Assembly: GCF_000281045.1 (NCBI RefSeq) | Contig: NW_008246068.1 | Span: 202,902 to 222,901 of the forward strand | Source of the DNA: Saprolegnia diclina VS20 | Taxonomy: Eukaryota | Length of the DNA: 20,000 nt | Direction: 5' to 3' | Shown here: piece by piece, positions 9,462-18,115 of the stretch | Numbering within the stretch: the first letter of the stretch is position 1 | Layout of the letters: each line of letters begins with the position of its first letter | Translations under genes and position numbers: made by a program | The notes under the pieces: model-generated | Seen by the model: the letters and a program-made list of their open reading frames with translations, nothing else | The model's database searches: none | Told to the model about the DNA's origin: nothing

Positions 9462-10471
9462 TTCGCATTCTGTTACTAGTATACGATATTCCATACTAGT
9501 ATGCGATAGAATGGACCTGCAGACCTGCGATGCGCCTGAGGAGGCAACCACTGACAGCGGCACCTTGCAGTAGCATCGCAAAAGCACTGGACCGCGTCTT
9601 GTGGCTTCCGCGCTGCATAGCCGGTCTTGGACGCCACAGCGAACCAGCTCAGCACGCAGCTGCATGCATCACGTCGTCGTACTCACGTCCGAGGACGATG
9701 TCGTGAAGGGTGTAGGAGGACTGAGGAGAAGCTGGTTCTGGCACCAACGACCTCAAAAAGCCATCTCAACTGCCCGACGAGACGCGGCCAAGTGGGAGTA
9801 CCAAGATCGCACCGTTGGACACGCGACGACGCCCGACCGCTGGACCATCTTGGTTCTCCCACTTGACCGTGTTCGCAGAGTAGCTCCACGAGTCGAATGT
9901 TGCGCCGACAAACGTTGAGCTAGATGGTGCTGTCGGACGACACTAGAGCATCGAGCCGGGCTTGGTTAGTTGGGTGTTTTCGACAGCGTCGGCGGGCGAG
10001 GAATCTGGTCCAAGCAGGACGTCTAGAAAGGCTTCACATGAGCATACACCTGATTGATCTCAATCTTGACGCAAGCCAGCAACACGGAGGACATCGTCCT
10101 CGGTAACCTCCGTCATGGACGCCGAGGTGCGTAGCGCGCCGGTCAAAACCACTTGTCTGGGGGCTCATACGCTCGAAAACTCGACGTTGTCGGAACCCAT
10201 CTCGTGCGCAACGGCTGGTTCGCACCCTGTCCCACAAGGACCGCTCCTCGGGCAACGCCGCCTCGCCGTACCGCGGGCAGAACCTTTGGTCTCCAGTGAT
10301 TCGTTCACCAATATGTAGCTGGTCCATCGACATCACCAGCGGACTGCTGTCGAACGCAAGAAGCTAGCGAACATGTACCATAACCTTAAGTGCTCGCTTG
10401 ACTATGCTGACTGATGGTCTAGACAATGGTTCCATGTAGATCGCTCATCCGGTATGTCGTTATATTATCAT

Positions 10472-11230
10472 CTATGTGTCTTGGCTGCAGGTTCTACTCG
10501 TGGCGGCGCCGTTGATCGGAAAGAGCACGAGACCCGCGTCGTCATAGCAGTCACTGCGCAACTGCACCAAGTGCACGCGGGCGTCGTTCCGGCCCGTCGC
10601 GGCGCCGGCCTCCACGTTGGCAACAAACCCTAGCGTGCCCACGCGGTGGGGCAGCGCGTGGCCTGCCAGCGTCGCCAGTGACAGCTTCTTGGAGACGCGC
10701 ATCGGCGTGCACCCGAGCTGTCGTGAGAGGTGCGCGCGGAGCGACGTACCATCCGGCAAGCCAAGGTGACCCTGGATAAAGTACGAGATCATGGCGTACG
10801 TGTAGTCTTGCTCTTGGTCGCTCCATGGACCTGCGCGCGCACTTGCTGATGGCTTCAACGGCCGCGGGATCGGCGTCGCCCGCTGCACCTCGACGCTCCG
10901 ATCGAACGAAACAACAAGCAGATCGAGCTCGTCGCGCGCCGCTTGGCGCTTGATGCCATGCAGCACGGACGGGTCGCAGACGTAGCGCAATCGGCCAAAG
11001 TGCTTGGGGTTCACCGCGTCGGGTGCGTGGAGTTGGGCGAGCTTCTTCGAGATGCGCATGGGCAAGCAGTCGAGCTTGTCCGCGAGGAAGACGCGGAGCG
11101 ATGTGCCGGGGAGGACGGTCGGGTAGTAGCCCAAGAGGAAGCTTTGGATGAGTGCAACCGCGTACGCCTCTTCCTCGGTCGACCACGACCCGGATCGGTG
11201 GGCAAACAAGATCGTAGTTGGCAGAGCCAT
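10472..11230 (-). CDS. Tandem Myb/SANT-like 'CxPMRxSKK' domain protein, paralogue 2 (252 aa)
   Basis: ATG at 11230 (MALPTTIL). Repeats are RSGSWSTEEEAYAVALIQSFLLG...GTSLRVFLADKLDCLPMRISKK and RAGPWSDQEQDYTYAMISYFIQG...GTSLRAHLSRQLGCTPMRVSKK. Intronless. Confidence 0.88.
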   Translation of the reverse strand: MALPTTILFAHRSGSWSTEEEAYAVALIQSFLLGYYPTVLPGTSLRVFLADKLDCLPMRISKKLAQLHAPDAVNPKHFGRLRYVCDPSVLHGIKRQAARDELDLLVVSFDRSVEVQRATPIPRPLKPSASARAGPWSDQEQDYTYAMISYFIQGHLGLPDGTSLRAHLSRQLGCTPMRVSKKLSLATLAGHALPHRVGTLGFVANVEAGAATGRNDARVHLVQLRSDCYDDAGLVLFPINGAATSRTCSQDT

Positions 11231-11291
11231 GAAAATGAACAGTGCGACTCGAGTCGCGGGGCACTTGGCGCCTGATTTTACGCTGCAAGGC

Positions 11292-11461
11292 GTGTGATTG
11301 GTGCAGTCGCTTCGGAACGGTCGCACGGCGCGTCACATGATCACACGCTCACCAACGATGCATGATCACACGCTCACCAACGAGTGTGATTGGTGCAGTC
11401 GCTTCGGAACGGTCGCACGGCGCGTCACATGATCACACGCTCACCAACGATGCATGATCAC
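11292..11461. repeat. Nested tandem duplication (92-nt period with an internal 25-nt repeat) upstream of paralogue 2
   Basis: GTGTGATTGGTGCAGTCGCTTCGGAACGGTCGCACGGCGCGTCACATGATCACACGCTCACCAACGATGCATGATCAC occurs exactly at 11292 and 11384. CATGATCACACGCTCACCAACGA occurs three times (11336, 11361, 11428). Confidence 0.92.
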
Positions 11462-11655
11462 CCGAATGCCCCACCCTGTTGTGACGTGGCGCCAGCTAGA
11501 AAGTGCAATCTAGAAAGTGCAATGTGCGGATCAACGAAGTAGTATTCGCAAAGGAAGGACCACAGCACAAATCGTTGGGTGAATCATTGTTGACAGGAGC
11601 TCGCGAATTCATGGAACAACTGCGCTACTGTAACATGTCTATTGAGCACAAGCCT

Positions 11656-12378
11656 TTAAAACGACGACTGCATGGAACCGCTCAGAAAGTACGCCGACGA
11701 CGGTGACACCATCTTGAGCTGCTTGAGCAACATCCGGTGCTCTCGTGGAATGAACAAGGCCGAGCCAATGCGCTTGGGCAGCTTGCGCCCCGCGAGCTCG
11801 GTCGTCGCAAGCTTCTTCGAGATGCGCATTGGACTGCAGTGGAGCTCGGCCGCGAGGAAGGATCGAAGCGTCGTACCGCGTGCCAACGGCAAGTCGCCGT
11901 GCACAAACGACAAAATCAAGTTGTACGCGCGGGTCTGCTCTTGGGGCAGCCACATGCCCACGCGGAGCGACGCAGGCGACGGCGGTGGCCGGTCGTCGTC
12001 GACCACCTTGGGGGACGTCTGCGTCTGGTCAAAGACACGCTGGAGGTACTGAATATGGCGCAACATACTCGCCGCGATCTCGGGTGCCAGCGTGTGGTTC
12101 AGCGTGTAGCGCAGCTTGCCGACCTTTTGGGGCAAATGAATGTGCTGGGAAAGGCTGTAGAACGCAAGTCGCTTCGAGACGCGCATGGGCGAGCAACGCA
12201 GTCGCTTGGCGAGGAAGCACCGAAGGGACGTACCGGGCAAGACCGCGCCCGCAAAGCAGCCGGCGAGGAAGCCGTCGATGAGCGATAGCGCGTAGCTGTC
12301 TTCAACGTCGGTCCACATGCCCCGGCGCAAGTCCCCACGCGGCGGCACGGGGTGGCACAGAAGGCGTGCAATCTCCAT
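11656..12378 (-). CDS. Tandem Myb/SANT-like 'CxPMRxSKK' domain protein, paralogue 3 (240 aa)
   Basis: ATG at 12378 (MEIARLL). Repeats are RRGMWTDVEDSYALSLIDGFLAG...GTSLRCFLAKRLRCSPMRVSKR and RVGMWLPQEQTRAYNLILSFVHG...GTTLRSFLAAELHCSPMRISKK. INR-like TTCATTTGTCAAGTCG at 12411-12396. Confidence 0.88.
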   Translation of the reverse strand: MEIARLLCHPVPPRGDLRRGMWTDVEDSYALSLIDGFLAGCFAGAVLPGTSLRCFLAKRLRCSPMRVSKRLAFYSLSQHIHLPQKVGKLRYTLNHTLAPEIAASMLRHIQYLQRVFDQTQTSPKVVDDDRPPPSPASLRVGMWLPQEQTRAYNLILSFVHGDLPLARGTTLRSFLAAELHCSPMRISKKLATTELAGRKLPKRIGSALFIPREHRMLLKQLKMVSPSSAYFLSGSMQSSF

Positions 12379-13104
12379 AGTACTACTACAGTCGGCGACT
12401 TGACAAATGAACTTGTGGCAGCCGTCGACCGGGTGGCGCCAGTTGCACATGAGATGCACCGCGATCTTGCGACACCAATCTCTGAACCGTCAGAAAAAGA
12501 AAGGCCACACGACCCGCCCGTTGAACTCACGCATACACTTTGGTGGTACCACCACCTGCTGCTGCTCCTGCCCGGTCATGGCAACGTCGCACGTGGCAAC
12601 ACTGAGCGCCCAGCGTCCTTGGCTCGGACGAGTTGGCGCAGCAAAAAAAACTTGGGCCAAGATACCAAGCTGCCGTGCCACCTCCTTTCGACATTTTCAG
12701 AGTGCGTGGCGCCGAGCTCGCTGGAAGCCCATGTTGTCAGCTGCGAGCGCTTCTATCGAAGGTGGCGTCACTGCGTCGGCTTCGATATCGCGTCGCGAGG
12801 TCGATCTTGCTGGGTGTTGAAATGTTATAACGCCTCGTTGAAGGGCATGGTAGCGTTAGATATGCTGTTAGATCGACGATAACGACGCTGCCACGACACG
12901 GCGTCATCCATGGCCAATGCCTGCGCTGGCAGCTGGCCGCCAACGTTCGATGGACAGTGCTACTGGGTCCACATCGGAGACAGAAGAGCAATGTCAAGTG
13001 CCAAGTGGTCAGAAACCAGCGACGCTACTGCATGGGAACTGGCAACGGACGAGATTAACATGTTAGATTTAGAAAGGGCGAATAAATAAGACAGAGTGAT
13101 GCGT

Positions 13105-14043
13105 TCAGACTTCGACCATGGCGGCCCGGCGCAGCAGCAAAAGCGGCGTCGCGATCGGCCGCAGCGTCGCCTCTGCGTACGCATTCGGGTTGGTCTTGAA
13201 CGCAAAGCAGGCGGCGCGGGCGGCCGCGAGCTCGGCCTCGGCCTTGAGCGCGGCTTGTGTAAATTCGGCCGTGTGCTTGGACTGCGGGCGGTACGTGGCC
13301 GTGCCGACCTTCTTTGGGATCGTCTTGCCGCCAATGAGGCCGGACGCGAGCTTCTTGGAGATGCGCATGGGGCTGCAGCCGAGCTGCTCGGCCAAGTACG
13401 CGCGCAGCGTCGTGCCCTTTCGGAGGCGGAGCTGGCCCTTGAGGAAGAAATCGATGAGCTTCCACGCGTACACTTGCTCTTCGCGGAACCAGTAGCCCGT
13501 GCGGTGCATGGCGTTCGAGTGCATGTCCATGCCGCGCTTCTGGGCTTCTTGCGGCGACGCGAGGCGGTGTTCGTGCGCGAGGCAGCGATGGAAAGTCGCT
13601 TCGAGCTGCGCCAAGTGGGCGAGCGTCCGTGTGCGCTGGGCCGTGTCAATGGGCTGTTCGAGGTACCGCTGCTGGCCGAGCTTCTTGGGCAGTGCGACGC
13701 CCGCGAGCTCGAGCGGTTCGCGGCTAAGTTTCTTGGAGATGCGCATCGGCGAGCACGAGAGCTTGTCGGCGAGGAAGAGGCGCAGCGACGAGCCGGCCGA
13801 GAGCGAAGGAAAGTAGCTCAAGAGAAAGCACTCGACGAGCGCGAGCGCATATTGCTCTTCTTCATAAAACCACTTGCCCGTGCGCAGCGACGACGACGAC
13901 GACGACGAGGCAATGCTGGCCGGCGACGATGGCGGCGACGACGGGCACAGCACCGGCGACGACGGCGGCGAGACCGAGGCCGTCGACGTCGCGTCCGAGA
14001 CGTCGTCGTCCATGCAAGGCGAGAGGAGGCGAGAGAGGTCCAT
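13105..14043 (-). CDS. Tandem Myb/SANT-like 'CxPMRxSKK' domain protein, paralogue 4 (312 aa) with a Ser/Pro-rich N-terminal linker
   Basis: ATG at 14043 (MDLSRLL). Repeats are RTGKWFYEEEQYALALVECF...GSSLRLFLADKLSCSPMRISKK and RTGYWFREEQVYAWKLIDFFLKG...GTTLRAYLAEQLGCSPMRISKK. Strong codon bias. Confidence 0.92.
   Translation of the reverse strand: MDLSRLLSPCMDDDVSDATSTASVSPPSSPVLCPSSPPSSPASIASSSSSSSLRTGKWFYEEEQYALALVECFLLSYFPSLSAGSSLRLFLADKLSCSPMRISKKLSREPLELAGVALPKKLGQQRYLEQPIDTAQRTRTLAHLAQLEATFHRCLAHEHRLASPQEAQKRGMDMHSNAMHRTGYWFREEQVYAWKLIDFFLKGQLRLRKGTTLRAYLAEQLGCSPMRISKKLASGLIGGKTIPKKVGTATYRPQSKHTAEFTQAALKAEAELAAARAACFAFKTNPNAYAEATLRPIATPLLLLRRAAMVEV
13888..13908. repeat. (CGA)7 microsatellite encoding poly-Ser in paralogue 4
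   Basis: cgacgacgacgacgacgacga is read as TCG x7 on the minus strand. Confidence 0.85.
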
Positions 14044-14073
14044 CGCGAAAAGTAGAAGTGGCTGATGCAACGC

Positions 14074-14088
14074 GAATCGCAGAATGAG
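14074..14088 (-). promoter_or_regulatory. INR+FPR core promoter of paralogue 4
   Basis: Minus strand CTCATTCTGCGATTC matches the oomycete consensus CTCATTYBNNNWTTY, about 30 nt upstream of the ATG at 14043. Confidence 0.7.
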
Positions 14089-14169
14089 ACTCGCCGATCC
14101 TGGCGATCCTCCCTTCAAGAGCAACGTCAAAGCATGCGTGTGCCTGCGAATTCCACGCGGCGCATCGGG

Positions 14170-14541
14170 CCAATCAAATCGCGCGAGGTATCCAGTCCAC
14201 GGCTCCTTCGCTCGACCTGGTCACGTGTGCGCACGCTCCTGATTGGCCGCCGACCCAACTCTGAAGCGATCGGCATGCATTCCCGCGCCTGAGCTGCCGG
14301 CCTTGCTGCCTTGCTATGCTCGCAGCCAATCAGCGTGTCGCAGTGCGACGGATTGGCTGGCTGAAAATTCGAACCGCCAATCGGATGCATGAAAGCCTAG
14401 TATCCACCCAATCAGAGGCAACGGCGCGTGGCCGCGGTGTTCACCGTGTGCGACGGTAGGATAAGCCCGCGCTGTCGGCATAGATATGGCCTGGGCGTTG
14501 AAGGCACGTTCAAGGTCGCACGAGGCGCGCATTTTGATTGG
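14170..14541. promoter_or_regulatory. Cluster of seven CCAAT boxes upstream of paralogue 4
   Basis: CCAAT/ATTGG at 14170, 14242, 14326, 14352, 14377, 14408 and 14537, all as CCAATC, in mixed orientation. Confidence 0.65.
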
Positions 14542-17500
14542 CCCAAGCCAGGCCCGCGATGTTTGCTCGCGATGCCATCAAATGGGATGCTGCTCCACTT
14601 CACTGTCCCCCACCTGGCTTCGCAAGCTGGCTGGAAGCGAATCAAGACGTTCTTTGCATAGCAACGAAACGATCGACGCCTGTCACAAGAATTCGGCGTG
14701 CACAAGCCGTGGGAAGAAGCGAGGGTGATTCCAGCGCCCACCTGCGCGTCGAGCCGCAGCGCGTGACGTCAGGATGCAAGCGACACGGAAGACACGGGCG
14801 CAGCGAGAAACGGCATGATGAATCCAGTGGCGGTTTTACGCTACCGCGACGGGCAGATCTTGTCTTTTCGTCGAGAAGACTGCGCAGCGCGGCGCGGACG
14901 AGGCACGTTCGTATGATGCGATACAAAAGCGACAGCAATCGTCGCGAAGGACCATCGTTCTCACTCCGCTCCTCGTCCGACTGAGATGATGACCTTGGAT
15001 CGTTTACTACAGAAGCTATCTATCGTATACACGTCCATCGATTTGAACATATTGAGTCGCCGATGTCCATTTCGGTTGAACGGGCAGAGCGCTCGTATTG
15101 CTACGCTGTGCTTTGAACACCAAAGTCGCTTCGAGTGCGTAAACGTGCTGTGCACCTTGCGGCGCCTGCATAGAGTCGTTGCGAGGTGTCAGACAAGGAC
15201 GATCATCATGGTTGCAAGAGGCGGAAAATAGCGTAAATGCGTCGGCCGGAAACCGCGAATGACTTGACCAAAATCGTCCTAAACACAAATGGCTCCCTCC
15301 TTAAACGCCAACGCACGAGCTATTGCCAGGAGCACCAACAAAATGTGTGTCCAGTCTTCGTGCAGACGACCGCAGTCGCTTGGTAGCGTACATGTTTGCG
15401 AGCTTTGCTCGCAGGCTTATCGCCGATGCAGGGCCCTTTGTGCTCCAAACATGGGCGCAAAGGAGCTCGTACGTGTCCGAAACGACGCACGCAGAGAGGT
15501 CCTGCACTGCGTTGCCATCACGTGGAAATCTGAAAAGACTACGAGATGGCGAGGAATGAAACGTGACTGGCTTGACGTCAGCGGCTGAATCGTTCACGAC
15601 ATATTCTCTTGCGTGAGCTTGGTGCGGTCAAAAAGACAGGGTCGTCGGGCAGCGCGACAATGGCAGAGACCGTCAACAGCGACTTGGCCGGCCATCGAGA
15701 CACAAAACGTGGTGCGTCCGCGACGACGCGACGTAATGGTTTAGCGCATAGACGCCTGCATGGCGTGTGCGCGAGCTTCGCCAAAGCAGAGCTAGCGGTG
15801 CTCCTCGCCCACCGGACAGCTCGACAGAACCCCCCGCTCGCATCGCAAGAGGTTCGGGAGCGCAAGCATTGCCGAGCGCGCGGTTGTTATCGCTGACTGA
15901 TAGAGCGGAGCGCCACAGTACCCAGCTGCATGCTACGCGGTCGACCTGGAGCGGGTCGATCTCGGCCGTGACGCGCGCCGCGTTCTCCTCTTCGAGCGCC
16001 GCGTGCGAGATAAGCCTGTCTTCGGACGGGTCCTGGCACGAGCGAAAAAGGCAACTTGATCTCGACATTTCATTGGCGGAATACTTCCTAGCGACGTGTG
16101 ATTGGTCAAAATAGATGTCCTCGCAGCAAGTTCCCTGGCCACGAAAGCACAGCGAGATCTGGCACTGGGTAGCGGCCCCACTGCTTGCGCTTCGTTGTCC
16201 ACATTGTTTCAGAATTGATTGAGCCCATGTGCCAAGTCTACGTCGCAGCGATGCACGTTGTCGAGTGTCGAGGACCCTGGCCCTTGACCCTTCACGGCAA
16301 CCTCCAGGCCTCATCACATATCCGGATACCGCTGGGTGCAGTCGTCGGAAAACAGCAGCCGGCGAAACCGGTTGGCGCACGGTTGCACAAACCGACTCAG
16401 GCAAAACCGGTTATTGTCCGACCTAGCGCGCATGGTGCGGTAACAGTCGACATGGTTCCTTCAACAACGATGACGATGCAAGCAACACCACATGCGAAGA
16501 CGTTCTTCGCTTTTCTTCCGCTCTCTACTCGCGCTTCTTCTTGTCGTCGCCCGAAGCGCGGGAGTAATCGAGCTTTGGGATGAGTCATCAGATCCAGTCT
16601 CCTCTGACACTGCAAGAACTACCCTTCTACCCGCATCTAGCGGATCGTCTCTGTTCCGGTACGGGTGCTGCATGTGGCCGGCTCGCATGGTACGATGCGC
16701 TTTGCTGTGTGGGATTGTAAGACACACTTCGGTGCCATCAGCCTCGAGACGTCGGCAGTGAAACCCACCCTATTTGCGGCGACTGTAGTCAGCAGCATCT
16801 TATTTCTAAACCGCAAGGTTGGGTGCAGCCGCATTGGGCGTTGTATAGCTTCTTTGGGACTTGCGGCACCGAGGGGACAACGCGCGAATGTGGCGCTTTG
16901 GCGTGGCACACGGGCGTCACTGTCGGCGTGGTAACGTTGCCAGTACCGTCTTCTCTCTTCTCTCTTGTCGTGACTTCACCCACCGAATACGACGTTTTTG
17001 TAGAGGACAAGGCAACAGGTTCAAATATTTACAGAAAGGCGCCGTGTTGTCTGTCGTCACGCAGCGCATCCTTGGCTTCAAGTGGTTGTTCATAGAGAAG
17101 CGGCGCCCACGCCCGATTACGCGACAGAAATGGCGCCTTGTTCACGTGTGCAACCGCTGTGTTGCTGAATTTGCGAGCGATTTCAAGCTCATTCGAGGGT
17201 TGCCGGAGTCCTCGTTCGCAGTACGAGACGCACCATGTATAGCCTGTCGGTCGTTGCCGATTGCTCGTTGGCCTTGCGCGTCAACCGAATCTTCCTCTGG
17301 TAAGTCAAGTCCGTGGGTTCTTGACGACAGGCTTGACGAGTTGAAGTTGGGACGTCAAGCGTGGTATCTTTTGCATTTTAGCCAATCAGGCACTCGACCG
17401 TTCGTGCTGGACCAATCAGAAGCCGTGATAGATCCACGCCGGTGCGGATACCCATCTGCTTCGTGGCGCCGGCAAACGCGAGGAGGTGCGTTTTAAAAAG

Positions 17501-18115
17501 CGCACCCTGTCCGACCTTCAATGGTGCGCCCCCGCACTGTCCCTCGTCCCAGGCCAGGTAATGCCGGAAGAGGCAGGGGCACACTCAGCGCGTTGTATTT
17601 GGCCTCGCTGGCAAGCAACCGTGCTACCTGATCGAGCACGCGAAGTAGCGCGCCTTCAAGGTGGGTATACGGCAGGCTGCGGTTTCTATGTTGAGCTGTT
17701 CGTTCGTGCTCGGTGCAGCGACAGTATCGGGTTCGTGTACTCGGACGGCGCAACCCAGGTTCGCCACGAGCACCCACGCGAGAGGATGATGATTCTCCCT
17801 CTCGTAATGCCAATATGATGGAGGATGGGTGGGAGGCGGGTGACTTCAAGGGCCGCTTTGCTTCTAACGACAAGAGCCCACCACGCATAGCTCGCACGCA
17901 TGGCCACGAGCAGGCTAGTATAGGCGTCCACGTCGAATGGGTCACGACGACGTTGGCAGAAACTAACGCCATCCCGACCGAACAAAGTTGGTATAGAACG
18001 GGTGGCACCAAAAGCGCACCTAAATAGCAAATCCGCCCCCGTCCCGATTCTTGTTTCGTGATCATGCAGTTGCGCATCAAAGCACAGACGCTCAGTTTGA
18101 AAACGTCAAAGTACG

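Noticed and set aside
9500..10440. Possible gene or retroelement remnant between acyltransferase A and paralogue 2
   Set aside because: Only short ORFs interrupted in all frames; no RT, integrase, transposase, LTR or TIR signature recognised.
11292..11461. Possible CRISPR-like array
   Set aside because: The intervening sequences are themselves duplicated, there are no unique spacers or cas genes, and the context is eukaryotic.
13096..14055. 319-aa plus-strand ORF and similar antisense ORFs (4775-5335, 11737-12288, 18092-18688, 3110-3688)
   Set aside because: These are shadow ORFs opposite GC3-biased real genes, with no recognisable motifs.
15673..16404. 243-aa minus-strand ORF
   Set aside because: Non-ATG start, no codon bias like the real genes and no recognisable domain.
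16861..18080. ORFs of 100-211 aa on both strands
   Set aside because: Composition is rich in Arg/Cys/Ser/Trp, typical of random GC-rich ORFs, with no motifs.
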